A stretch of DNA of 62,111 nt, filler included, from Candidatus Fermentibacterota bacterium (GCA_016928395.1; 6 parts of 6 records of this genome joined end to end with filler, not necessarily neighbours in it), one strand, 5' to 3'; numbered from the whole stretch's first letter, positions 39,673-49,730 are shown. A program made the numbers and translations. The notes: a model not told the origin generated them from the letters alone.

Positions 39673-39741
39673 GGCACAGAGTCCCGCCCCTACGGACATG
39701 ATGGGCACCAACCCCCGTAGGGGCGACCGTCCCTGGTCGCC
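39673..39741. repeat. inverted pair of GTAG-type REP-like elements
   Basis: GTCCCGCCCCTACG ... CGTAGGGGCGACCG; related copies at 16874-16894 and 16939-16960. Confidence 0.6.
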
Positions 39742-39952
39742 CGCCGCTGGAGGCGGGGCCGGGCGTCGGTATCGCTCTCGGAGTTGAGCTTCAATCCTCC
39801 CCGTGGTGTTCCCGGAATCCCGGCATGTGAACTCAGTGGACGTGGTCTCTTGGTCAAAACGTGTGGCCAATCGCGGATCTCGTTTCCCATGGGAAGCGCG
39901 ACAGGCTCACGCCGCAGCTTTCAGTCCGTCCCCTCCTGCTATCGGACCGTGC

Positions 39953-41425
39953 CTATGGGCAGGGCACGACGAAGTCGCGTTCGCCCACAGTCTCCGACTC
40001 CACAGAGACAGATGTCGCATTGCGCGACCTGCCGCGGTAGGAGTAATCGACTGCCGGATCTCCTACTCCCTCCGTGACATCCAGCTGGGTGGCCGGCGCC
40101 GGGACTGTTGCCCATGGCGTGCCGACGGTCGTGAAGAACGCGGTGGCACTTCGGTAGATCTCGTACTCCGTCGCGCCAACCACGGGGAGCCATGAGAGCC
40201 GGGCGGTGGTCGGATGGAGCAGATGCATCCTCAGTGCCATCGGCGCCAGCGGATCCCCCGCGATCTTCACAAGATAGAAGTCCGATGATCCGGCTCCCCA
40301 GGATTCGGTCCACCCGGCAATGACGAAGCCTCCGTCCGCGGTCTGCGCCGCCGAGACCCCGGAATCGGCCAGCGGCCCGCCGTAGGCCGCGGTCCACAGC
40401 GTGTCACCAGAATCGTCGGTGCGCACCGCATACAGGTCATCGCCTCCGGCCCCGAATGATCCAGTGGTGCCGACGATGAAGTATCCGCCCGCCGCGGCCG
40501 GGCACGGATCGGCCGCCACGTCGTCATTCGGGCCGCCGAAGGTCCGCATCCACTCCACTGAGTTCCCTGACGGACTGATCTTGAGGACGCACGCATCCTG
40601 ACCTCCCTGACCACTCAGGGTTGTGAGTCCGGCCAGCAGGTAACCGTGGTCGGGAGTCTGGAGAAGCCCCAGGCATTGATCATTGGACGAAGGACCGCCG
40701 AACCAGTTGATCCATGACTCGTTTCCGGACGAGTCAGCCTTGACGAGGCACGCGTCGTACGATGCCATGAGCGCGGTGCCCCCCGCGGCGAATCCATTGT
40801 CTGACGTCCTGATCACATCCAGACCAGTGGCGAGCAGGCTGCTGCCCGGTCGGTAGGATTCCATCCAGACCAGTGTGCCCGCCGCGTTTACTTTGGCCAT
40901 GAACACCAGCCGCGATATGATGCCCTGGACGGAATCCTCACACCCGCAGATCACATACCCCCCATCTGCGGTCTGGATCAGCGCGTACGTATACCGGATG
41001 AGTTGCGAACTGTGGTAATGCTCGTCCCACTCCACTTGACCCAGCGAGTCCACCTTGACCAGGTAGGCGTCAAACCACCCGACTGTGCCGAAAGAGGTCG
41101 TGTGGCCCGCTAGGGCGAATCCGCCATCCCCGGTGGCGACCATATCGTGGCATTCGTCCTCGCCTGGGCCGCCGTAGGTCCTTGTCCAGAGGGTCTCACC
41201 CGCGGCATCGGTTCGCACGAGCCAGAAGTCGGCGCCCCCGGCCCCGAATGACGTTGTCGTTCCCGCGATGGCGAACCCGCCATCGGCGGCACAACACACC
41301 GAGGCCGCCTTGTCCTGGCCGATTCCACCGCAGGTCTTCGTCCACAGGGTGTCGCCGGGCGCTGCCCAGGCCACCCCGGCCATGACGAGGCCCAGCACGA
41401 TCAGCACACCACACTCGTGTCTCAC
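39953..41425 (-). CDS. secreted beta-propeller repeat protein (GDTLWTxTYGG repeats) with FN3-like C-terminal domain
   Basis: RBS AAAGGAGG, GTG 41425, repeated DGGFxxAG / DxYLVKxDxxG units. Confidence 0.8.
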   Translation of the reverse strand: MRHECGVLIVLGLVMAGVAWAAPGDTLWTKTCGGIGQDKAASVCCAADGGFAIAGTTTSFGAGGADFWLVRTDAAGETLWTRTYGGPGEDECHDMVATGDGGFALAGHTTSFGTVGWFDAYLVKVDSLGQVEWDEHYHSSQLIRYTYALIQTADGGYVICGCEDSVQGIISRLVFMAKVNAAGTLVWMESYRPGSSLLATGLDVIRTSDNGFAAGGTALMASYDACLVKADSSGNESWINWFGGPSSNDQCLGLLQTPDHGYLLAGLTTLSGQGGQDACVLKISPSGNSVEWMRTFGGPNDDVAADPCPAAAGGYFIVGTTGSFGAGGDDLYAVRTDDSGDTLWTAAYGGPLADSGVSAAQTADGGFVIAGWTESWGAGSSDFYLVKIAGDPLAPMALRMHLLHPTTARLSWLPVVGATEYEIYRSATAFFTTVGTPWATVPAPATQLDVTEGVGDPAVDYSYRGRSRNATSVSVESETVGERDFVVPCP

Positions 41426-41635
41426 GACAACCTCCTTTGAGTGCGCTCCTGAAACCATCGATGAAGCCCGAGGATGGCCTGCGCTTCGTCTCACGTGACC
41501 GGCGTCGCGTCGCCGCCACGAACAGGGCCATCTGCTAGAGGTGATTGGCTCCTGATCTTTCCACCTCCGCACCACTCCATCCCTCCAGCCCTTCCTGCTC
41601 GGCGTATCTTCCCTCCAGTCGCCAGCCTTGCCCCG

Positions 41636-42664
41636 CTACTGCTGACTGCCGATTGCCCGCTCCTCCTCCATCCTGGTGCGTTGCTCGTCCCGGCGGGCTT
41701 GCTCGGCTTTCATCTGCGTGCGCTGTTCCTCCATCCGGACCCGTTCTCCGTCGTGCCGAGCCCGGTCCTCCCGATGCCGTGCGTCTTCCGCCTCGCGCTC
41801 CTGCTCTTCCTTCTCGCGCAGCTCCGGATACAGGTAGGAATCGGTTCGTGCCGCTTCGCACACGTCCAGGCGCTTCGCCTCGAACCCCTGGCGTTTGGCG
41901 ACGACTCGGTACCAGAATGGGCTTGATGACTGGCCGTCTTGGCGTTCTATGACATCGAAGCCGGTGAATCCTCGCTTCACCACGATCCCGGCACACTCCT
42001 CATCCTCGAGCTCGATGAACACCTTCATTGGGTTCGCCGCGTCGATGGTCACCGTCTCCAGGAATACAGGATCCAACTCGACGTGACAACGCCCATTCAC
42101 CAGAAGCCCCTCCCCGAAGTCTTCGAACCAGTTCTCCGGGCTTTCCTGGCAGTACATCAGGGTCGGGCCCTTCGACGTCTTGACGACGCAACTCTTCGTG
42201 CCGGTTCCAGCCAACCCGCCGGAGTAGTAGACACCATAGCCATACGTCGAAGTGGTGTGGCCAATGACGCCGTAGTAGCCGTCGCCACAGACGCCGTGGT
42301 AGCCGTAGCCATAGACGCCGCGCTCCGGGCCCTCGCCATAGACGCCGTAGTGCACGCCGTAGCCATAGACGCCGCGCTCCGGGCCCTCGCCATAGACGCC
42401 GTAGCCGTCAATGGAGTCGCTGTGCCCGTACACGCCATAGGTCGTGCCGGTGGTGGCGGTGGCGACGCCGGTGACCCCCCGGCCTTCACTGGCCGCGGAT
42501 GTTCCGTACACCCCGTGCGGCCCCCCCGTCGTCGCCGCGGCCTGGCCCACCACTCCCGCTCCCGCGGGTGAGGCGGAGTACCCGAAGACGCCATTGGCGC
42601 CGCCCGTCGTGGCACCTGCCCAGCCGACAACCCCGATGCCTTCCGTGCCGTTGCACTCACCGCT
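41636..42664 (-). CDS. GVYG-repeat fibre-like protein with conserved ESPENWFEDFG C-terminal domain, partial
   Basis: Gly-rich GVYG repeats, C-terminal coiled coil; cut by contig end. Confidence 0.7.
   Translation of the reverse strand, partial: SGECNGTEGIGVVGWAGATTGGANGVFGYSASPAGAGVVGQAAATTGGPHGVYGTSAASEGRGVTGVATATTGTTYGVYGHSDSIDGYGVYGEGPERGVYGYGVHYGVYGEGPERGVYGYGYHGVCGDGYYGVIGHTTSTYGYGVYYSGGLAGTGTKSCVVKTSKGPTLMYCQESPENWFEDFGEGLLVNGRCHVELDPVFLETVTIDAANPMKVFIELEDEECAGIVVKRGFTGFDVIERQDGQSSSPFWYRVVAKRQGFEAKRLDVCEAARTDSYLYPELREKEEQEREAEDARHREDRARHDGERVRMEEQRTQMKAEQARRDEQRTRMEEERAIGSQQ
42302..42404. repeat. 49-bp direct repeat, period 54 bp, inside the coding region
   Basis: GCCGTAGCCATAGACGCCGCGCTCCGGGCCCTCGCCATAGACGCCGTAG at 42302 and 42356. 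Confidence 0.85.
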
Positions 42665-42764
42665 NNNNNNNNNNNNNNNNNNNNNNNNNNNNNNNNNNNN
42701 NNNNNNNNTTAATTAATTAANNNNNNNNNNNNNNNNNNNNNNNNNNNNNNNNNNNNNNNNNNNN

Positions 42765-44269
42765 ACATTGACGTGAGTCCGACGAGTCTGAGCATGACGG
42801 CGGAGGAGGGGTCGAGCACGACGGCGACATTGACGGTACAGAACGTGGGGGGTGCAACGCTGACGGTGAGTTCGATCACGGACAATCAGACCTGGCTGAG
42901 CGAGAGCCCGACGAACTTCAGTGTGAATGCGGGGTCGAGCCGTGCTGTGACAGTAACGGCGAGCGCGGCGAGCCTGACTGTGGGGACCTACACCGCGACG
43001 ATCACGATCACGAGCAATGATCCTGATGAAGCGACGAAGACGGTAGGGGTGACGTTCACGGTGACGGCAGAGCCCGAGATCTGGGTGAATGCGACGTACC
43101 TGGAGATCGAGGTGAATCAGGGGACCCAAGGAGAAGCCTGGTTCGAGGTGAAGAACGTGGGTGGCGGCACGCTGCAAGTCACGGACATGCATGATGGATC
43201 GGATGATATCTGGCAGAGCGAGCAGGCATTCAATCTCGGCCCGAATGAAAGCAAGTGGGTAGGCGTGTACTCCGGCAACTGGATGTACGGCGGGACCTAC
43301 GATTTCACCATCACCATCGACAGCAATGCCGGCAACGCAACGATTGAACTGCACGTGATCATCAATCCCGTAGGTGGGGAATGCAGTGAGTTCAACTGGA
43401 CTTCCGTCCACACTGACGGGATTGACTACTACGGAGTCTCATCAGACGGCTGGAACGGCTGGGCCGCCGGATACCGCGGTATCTCACGCACCACAAATGG
43501 ATCGTCGTGGAGTGAGCTTGGGGTCCAGGACAACTTCGCCGACATCCATGTGGTGGGATCAACAGGGTTTGCCGTGTCAGGTGGGAGCTGGGGCAAGGTA
43601 TTTCGAACCTACAACGGCAGCGATTGGGATCAGGTCTACGCTGCTGAAGGCGCAGGATGTGCCGGCGTCTTCTACGATGGCGGTTCGACCGTGTGGGTCG
43701 CGGCCGGCGGCGGGAAGGTCTTGAAGAGCACTAACACTGGCGGCAATTGGGATGCCATTCAGGTCGGATCCTCCAACGTGCAGTTGCTCTCGGTGTTCTC
43801 TGAGGGGAACGGGGTCGTCTGGGCATGCGGCACTAGCGGCTCGTCGTGTCTCTACAAGTCCACCAACTGGGGCAACTCCGGTTCGTGGTCTCAGGTGAGC
43901 GTGACAAACATAGGTGGTCTCGAAGACGTATGGTTCAGCAATGGGACTGGCTGGCTCGCGGGGGCCTCAGGCATCCTCTACTCATCAAACGGCGGAGGAA
44001 GCTGGAACCAGGCGAGCGTCCCCGTTGGCGGACCATTCCGTGCCGTGCAGAGCGATGGCTGGAGCAGCACATGCGTGCACGCCGTGGGAGGAAATGACTA
44101 CTCCGGATTCATCATCAGGTCATCCGATGGTGGCGCAACGTGGGAGACCGAGTACACAACCAGCTATCGCCTGATGGAATTGGTGATGGGTGACACATGG
44201 GGCTTCGTTGTCGGGGGCAATCCCGGACCAACCGGAGGGATCTGGAAAGGGGCTGCCACCGCAAGATGA
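42765..44269 (+). CDS. surface protein with BACON/Ig-like domains and YCF48/BNR-type beta-propeller, 5' partial
   Basis: Ig-like NVGGATLTVSSITD...SNDPDE; repeated S/TxDGGxxW Asp-box motifs. Confidence 0.8.
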
Positions 44270-44447
44270 AGGAGTGAAAGAGCGCATTGGCCGCCCTGCA
44301 ATGGCTGGTCTGCGGGAGGGTGCCCCATGTGCCCTCCCTACGCCCCAGCCTGGCTCGACACTCGTGAAGCGAACCTGCGGGCCAGAGCTCCTCGATCAGT
44401 GAGGGAGTAGAGCCAATCGAGCCTGTGTCGAACGCCGGGAGGATATC

Positions 44448-44696
44448 ATGCGGACGTTTGCAGTTATTCTGACAGTCATCACCTTTGGCCTGTTGGTCTC
44501 TCGCTGCTCGAAGGAGCTGGAGGCGCCGCCGGGGGCGCCGGGGATTGAGGTGACGTCACCGAGCAGTGGGGATGTGTGGGATTCGGGGAGTTCGCATGAG
44601 ATTAGATGGACGTCTCAAGGAACCTCTGGTCATGTGAAGATCGATGTGAGCGACGACGCGGGAAGCACACGGGAGGGGGAGTTCTCCCCGGCATAG
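44448..44696 (+). pseudogene. truncated paralog of the N-terminus of the DGR target lipoprotein
   Basis: RCSKELEAPPGAPGIEVT...VWDSGSSHEI...GHVKIDVSDDAGST nearly identical to the 46654 gene, then stops. Confidence 0.85.
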
Positions 44697-44702
44697 CATG
44701 CG

Positions 44703-44743
44703 CGATTGCAGAAAGGCCCTTACTGAGGTACTTTCTGCAATCG
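44703..44743. promoter_or_regulatory. inverted repeat, probable AbiEi autoregulatory operator
   Basis: CGATTGCAGAAAG-15nt-CTTTCTGCAATCG perfect 13-bp inverted repeat just before abiEi. Confidence 0.65.
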
Positions 44744-44765
44744 GGAATGCAAAGTGGAGGATCAG

Positions 44766-45578
44766 ATGCAGCGCGAGAGATCGCCGAGCCACCAAACGCT
44801 GCGCGATTTCGTTGACGCACTCCAAGCGGAGGGTCGCTACACCTTTGATCGCGCAGAGGCGATGGCCGTTCTCAAGGTGAGTAGCCCCGTGCTCAAGAAG
44901 GCCATGACGCGCCTTGTCGCCAAGCGGCGGATAGCGGTGCCCACGCGAGGCTTCTTCGTGATTGTGCCGCTGGAGTATCGGGCAGCCGGGGCACCCCCTG
45001 CTTCGTGGTTCATCGACGATCTCATGCGCCATCTGGGCAAACCCTACTACGTTGGCGTGCTGTCAGCCGCGGGGCTTCACGGTGCGGCACACCAACAGCC
45101 GCAGGAGTTCCAGGTCGTCACTGCCGTGAGCAGGCGATCAGCGGTGGCGGGCAGATCGCGGATCAGGTTCTTCGGTAAACGCCATGTCGAACACACGCCT
45201 ACTGCGGTACTCAAGTCCGAAACGGGGACGATGCGCGTGTCCACGCCAGAAGCCACGGCGATCGACCTCCTGCGTTACCTGTCTTCAGCCGGCGGCCTTG
45301 GCAATGTGGCGACCGTGCTCGCCGAACTGGCCGAACGGATAGATCCCGCACTTCTCGCCCAGGCGGCCGCCGACGATGGCGAATTCGCCTGCGCACAACG
45401 ACTTGGCTACATCCTGGACGCTGTCGATAGCGGAGATCGGGCCGAGGAACTGGCCAAGCTCGTAGCGAACGCGGACCCTCGGAGGATTCCTCTCGTCCCG
45501 GGGCTGCCCACCAGGGGATGTCCTGTGGACCGGCGTTGGCACCTCATCCTCAACGAGCGGGTTGAAGCCGATCTGTGA
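44766..45578 (+). CDS. abiEi: type IV TA antitoxin AbiEi family
   Basis: GFFVIVPLEY, YYVGVLSAAGLHGAAHQQPQ, VSTPEATAIDL. Confidence 0.88.
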   Translation: MQRERSPSHQTLRDFVDALQAEGRYTFDRAEAMAVLKVSSPVLKKAMTRLVAKRRIAVPTRGFFVIVPLEYRAAGAPPASWFIDDLMRHLGKPYYVGVLSAAGLHGAAHQQPQEFQVVTAVSRRSAVAGRSRIRFFGKRHVEHTPTAVLKSETGTMRVSTPEATAIDLLRYLSSAGGLGNVATVLAELAERIDPALLAQAAADDGEFACAQRLGYILDAVDSGDRAEELAKLVANADPRRIPLVPGLPTRGCPVDRRWHLILNERVEADL

Positions 45579-46435
45579 TCCAGCGCGCGTTCATCACGGA
45601 GTGGAGGAGCAAGGCACCCTGGGCTCTCGACGAACAGGTGGAGCAGGATCTTGTCGTGTCCCGGGCTCTCGTGGAGCTCTACTCCGAAGAGGTGCTGCGG
45701 CGCGGGCTCGCATTCAGAGGAGGGACAGCACTGCATAAGCTGTACCTTGAGGTGCCGGCACGCTACTCGGAGGACATCGATCTCGTACAGGTGGAAGCCG
45801 GCCCCATCGGCCCCGTGGTGGATGCAATCCGGCGACGGCTCGACCCCTGGCTCGGCGTACCGCAGTGGAAGCGCGGGCATGGCCGCGTGACGCTCAACTA
45901 CCGGTTCATGACCGAACCCGAGCCGGTGCAGCAGAAACGACTCAAGGTAGAGATAAACACACGCGAGCACTTCTCGGTGCTTGGCCTCGTAGTCCGGCGT
46001 TTCGATCTTGCGAGCCGATGGTGGAGCAGGCAGGCCGAGATTACCACCTATGCGCTGGACGAGCTTCTCGGGACCAAGCTGCGTGCGCTCTACCAGCGAA
46101 AGAAATGCCGTGATCTCTTTGACTTGTGGATCGCCGCCAGCTGGTCGGATGTGGATGCGAGCAAGGTTGTGCACTGTTTCCTGCGCTATGTGGGCAATGA
46201 TGGCCTGCGCGTCTCGCGAGCCGAGTTTGAGGCCAACCTGCACAGGAAGCTCTCCGACCCCCTGTTTGGACGAGACGTGGAGCCTCTGATCTCCCTGACG
46301 ACAAAGTGGGATCAGGCTTCGGCTGCCGAGTACGTGTTGACCCATCTTGCACCGCTGTTGCCCGGGCAACCCTGGAAGGCGAACCCAAAGCCTCCGTCGG
46401 TGGTAGGGCGGAACCATGAACATATGTCGAGCTGA
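45575..46435 (+). CDS. abiEii: type IV TA nucleotidyltransferase toxin AbiEii
   Basis: AFRGGTALHK, RYSEDID, KLRALYQRKKCRDLFD. Confidence 0.92.
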   Translation: MIQRAFITEWRSKAPWALDEQVEQDLVVSRALVELYSEEVLRRGLAFRGGTALHKLYLEVPARYSEDIDLVQVEAGPIGPVVDAIRRRLDPWLGVPQWKRGHGRVTLNYRFMTEPEPVQQKRLKVEINTREHFSVLGLVVRRFDLASRWWSRQAEITTYALDELLGTKLRALYQRKKCRDLFDLWIAASWSDVDASKVVHCFLRYVGNDGLRVSRAEFEANLHRKLSDPLFGRDVEPLISLTTKWDQASAAEYVLTHLAPLLPGQPWKANPKPPSVVGRNHEHMSS

Positions 46436-46653
46436 AGGACCTTCCGGCCGTTGGGCTGCAGGGTGGGTGTCGAGGGCCTTGCCGGGTGCGTAAGGTGTCG
46501 AAGGCGTACCGGTGAAACGGATACCCTGGCGGTGCGTGGTAGTGCGCCGTTTCGGGTGCCAGTGGTGCCAGTGTGGTATCGTAATGTGGTGCGACGGTGT
46601 GGCCGACTGCCACCAGCTAGCGTCGGGCCAAGTCTGAACAACGGGAGGATGTA

Positions 46654-48606
46654 ATGAGAGCTCTTGGAATCATTGCCGCCGTCATCGCGGTTGGGCTGCT
46701 GATGTTTCGCTGCTCCAAGGAACTGGAGGCACCGCCGGGAGCGCCGGGGATTGAGGTCACAGCACCGACCAGGGGAGACGTGTGGGATTCGGGGAGTTCG
46801 CATGAGATTGTCTGGACGTCGGAAGGGACGTCGGGTCACGTGAAGATCGATGTAAGTGACGATGCGGGGAGCACATGGGAGACGTTGGTCGCTTCCACCG
46901 ACGATGATGGTGGTCATCCGTGGACGGTGCCGGACATGGCGTCTGGCCTGTGCCGGATCAGAGTAGCCGACACGGATGGGACGCCCTCAGCGTTAAGCGA
47001 TACGTTTGCGATCGCGGGGATCTCCGTGGTCACACCAGCCGCGGGAGCAGTCTGGGCGGTCGGCGCCACTGAGGAGATCCGGTGGAGTTCGTATGGAGTC
47101 TCTGACAGGGTGAATCTGGAGGTCAATCGAGGCGGCAACTGGGTTGCTGTCGCCGATTCGGTTCAGAACACCGGGTCATATTTCTGGCTGGTATCCGGCC
47201 CCGAGGCCGGCAACGGGATGATTCGCGTATCGGATGTGGACGGGAGTTTCTCGGGCATGAGTGGGGCCTTTGCGATCCGGGAGCCGTACATCACGGTGAC
47301 GGCGCCCGGAGCTGGAGATACATGGGTGGTGGGGACGAGCCGCGAGGTCATATGGACGAGCCTGGGTGCATCGGGATCAGTCGATGTAGCTGTCAGCTAT
47401 GACAACGGGGCAGGCTGGAGCACGATCGCGTCCGGAGTTGCCGACAACGGAAGCAGAGCCTGGACGGTCTCGGGCCAGGCCTCGAGCATGTGCAGGGTGC
47501 GGGTTCGCGATGCAGATGGAACTCCTGAAGGCCTCAGCGGCCTTTTCACCATCCACCTGCCCGCTCCGGACATCACGATCGCCCCAGCGAGTCTGACGCT
47601 GAGTATTTTTCAGGGGGCGAGCGTGGACACGGCGATTGTGGTGGCGAATTCCGGTGACGCGCCCTTGCAGGTCACCTCGATCACGGACAACGCCACGTGG
47701 TTGACTGCGGCACCGGCAAACTTCACTGTCGCGGTGGGATCCAACCAGAACGTGACAGTGACGGTCAACACGGCGGGTCTGGCCTACGGCCAGCACAACG
47801 CAACCATCACCATCGCCAGTAACGATCCGGAAGAGGGGCAGGTGGCCGCGCCGGTGAGCCTGACCGTTCAAGAACCTCTCCTCGACATGGTCTCCCTGTC
47901 GGGCGGAACCTTCCAGATGGGGTCGACGTCGCAGTGGGCGGACTCGGACGAGCAGCCGGTGCACACGGTGACGGTGAGTTCGTTCTACATGTCGAAGTAT
48001 GAGGTGACGCAGGCGCAATATCAGGAGGTGATGGGGACGAACCCGTCGTACTTCCAAGGTGCGAACCGGCCGGTGGAGCGGGTGACGTGGTATGATGCTG
48101 CTCGGTTCTGCAACGCGTTGAGCGTGAGCGAGGGGTTGACGCCGTGCTACAATGAGAGCAACTGGAGCTGCACCTTCTCGGCGAACGGGTATCGGTTGCC
48201 GACGGAGGCGGAGTGGGAGTATGCGTGCCGTGCGGGGACGACGACAGACTACTACAACGGGAACGAGACGCAGAGTGGCTGCAGTCCGATTGATCCGAAC
48301 CTGAATCTGATCGGGTGGTACTGCGGGAATGCCAACAACCAGACGCATGACGTGGGAGGGAAGCAGCCGAACTCGTTTGGGTTGTACGACATGAGCGGGA
48401 ACGTGTGGGAGTGGTGCAATGACTGGTATGGGAGCTACTCCTCGGGGTCGCAGACTGATCCGACGGGGCCAAGCAGCGGTTCCTACCGGGTGCTCCGCGG
48501 CGGCCGCTGGTACGACTACGCCCAGTGCTGCCGCTCGGCCAATCGGTTCTACAACTCGCCCGGCGGCAGCAGCCGCTACGACGGGTTCCGTCCCGTCCGA
48601 GATTAG
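46654..48606 (+). CDS. DGR target: lipoprotein with Ig-like stalk and C-terminal FGE-sulfatase (C-type lectin fold) domain
   Basis: lipobox-like LLMFRC, repeated Ig domains, FQMGS...EVTQ...RLPTEAEWEYACRAG...GNVWEWC...RVLRGG.W...GFRPV. Confidence 0.9.
   Translation: MRALGIIAAVIAVGLLMFRCSKELEAPPGAPGIEVTAPTRGDVWDSGSSHEIVWTSEGTSGHVKIDVSDDAGSTWETLVASTDDDGGHPWTVPDMASGLCRIRVADTDGTPSALSDTFAIAGISVVTPAAGAVWAVGATEEIRWSSYGVSDRVNLEVNRGGNWVAVADSVQNTGSYFWLVSGPEAGNGMIRVSDVDGSFSGMSGAFAIREPYITVTAPGAGDTWVVGTSREVIWTSLGASGSVDVAVSYDNGAGWSTIASGVADNGSRAWTVSGQASSMCRVRVRDADGTPEGLSGLFTIHLPAPDITIAPASLTLSIFQGASVDTAIVVANSGDAPLQVTSITDNATWLTAAPANFTVAVGSNQNVTVTVNTAGLAYGQHNATITIASNDPEEGQVAAPVSLTVQEPLLDMVSLSGGTFQMGSTSQWADSDEQPVHTVTVSSFYMSKYEVTQAQYQEVMGTNPSYFQGANRPVERVTWYDAARFCNALSVSEGLTPCYNESNWSCTFSANGYRLPTEAEWEYACRAGTTTDYYNGNETQSGCSPIDPNLNLIGWYCGNANNQTHDVGGKQPNSFGLYDMSGNVWEWCNDWYGSYSSGSQTDPTGPSSGSYRVLRGGRWYDYAQCCRSANRFYNSPGGSSRYDGFRPVRD
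48481..48606 (+). other. DGR variable region (VR) with IMH near 48583-48597
   Basis: run of NNC codons (TAC, CTC, CGC, TAC GAC TAC, TGC, TTC TAC AAC, GGC GGC AGC AGC CGC TAC GAC), as expected from AAC-rich template mutagenesis. Confidence 0.75.
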
Positions 48607-48646
48607 GTTTTGGATTTTGAAAGTTTTACCTTTTGCGGGTGCTGAG

Positions 48647-48742
48647 GCGCGAGGTCGGGATGCGAGCCGGCCTGCCTGCCCTGCCTCTGGCAGGCGGCAG
48701 GCAGGCAGCGAAGCGGCGCCGGCGGGCATCCCGACCTCGCGC
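48647..48742. other. large hairpin/cruciform downstream of the VR
   Basis: perfect 17-bp inverted repeat GCGCGAGGTCGGGATGC (48647-63) / GCATCCCGACCTCGCGC (48726-42) enclosing a CCTGCCTGCC/GGCAGGCAGG stem. Confidence 0.75.
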
Positions 48743-49268
48743 GCGGCGAAATCCCACCCGGCCTCCCGGATGGGGATGGAAGACTGGAATGATGGATGGG
48801 TGGATTGGTGGGAGAGGAGCGCAAATCCCTGCGGGAGCTTGCTCCCGCACTGTAGGAGCGTCGTCAGGCGCGAACGGCTCATCCCTTTGGGAAAGGGGGA
48901 GGGGGGGGGATTGGGCCGAAACCCTCCCAACCTCGCTTTTGCGAAAGAGAGGAGCTGTTAGAGCGTCGTCAGTCGCGACGAGGGCGAAGCCCTCTTTGGA
49001 GTGCGCAGGCTTGCCCGCGCTTTGTGTAGCGGAAGTTTGCCACAGCACCTTCTCATGCGGCGCATGAGCGGAAGTGAATGCGCAGTGTGGCGGGATTCCG
49101 CGCGAAGGTGCTGGACTGCCGCTCCCGCTGCTGAACGCGGTGGCAAGCCACCGCACTTCACACAAGGAGCGCGGTAAGGCGCGAAGATGCGGTTCGCGGT
49201 TGACACCGCTTCTAGACGCCGCTGAGGCGGCGAGGCAACCGTGAACTCGTAGCGCAACGAGGAATGCC

Positions 49269-49730
49269 ATGCCGGTACGAATCCTGACGGTGCGCTTTGA
49301 CAGGGGCCGCGAGGTTTTTGATGACAGCGAGCTCCAGGCGTTCCTGCTGAACAAGCGGGTGGGCAGGGTCGAGACGGCGTTCTTTCACGTTGATGGGTCG
49401 CCCTACTGGTCACTTTTGATCGAGTACGACGAGGTGTTGGAACGCGCTACCGCTCAGACCGACGAACTCGGGGAAGCGGAACGGTTGCTGCTTCAACGGC
49501 TCCGGGAGTGGCGAAAGGCCACGGCCGATGCCGAAGGCGTTCCCGCCTACTTCATCGCGACCAATAGCCAGCTCAAAGAAGTCGCGGTGCGCTCGCCGAT
49601 CTCCCGCGAGTCGCTGAAAGGCATACGAGGATTCGGTGCGCGGAGAATGGAACGATACGGCGACAAGATCCTCGATCTGGTGAAGGCATTCCTCGACCAG
49701 GAGCCGCAGCCAACGACCCATGCGGGATGA
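49269..49730 (+). CDS. HRDC domain protein (DGR accessory)
   Basis: LREWRKATADAEGVPAYFIATNSQL...IRGFGARRMERYG. Confidence 0.88.
   Translation: MPVRILTVRFDRGREVFDDSELQAFLLNKRVGRVETAFFHVDGSPYWSLLIEYDEVLERATAQTDELGEAERLLLQRLREWRKATADAEGVPAYFIATNSQLKEVAVRSPISRESLKGIRGFGARRMERYGDKILDLVKAFLDQEPQPTTHAG

Noticed and set aside
47377-48930. 517-aa minus-strand ORF
   Set aside because: Antisense shadow of the DGR target gene
48607-49268. Searched as possible DGR template repeat
   Set aside because: No similarity to the VR and no AAC-rich tract; contains only hairpins and REP-like repeats such as the imperfect GGAGTGCG...CGCACTTC pair at about 48996-49160
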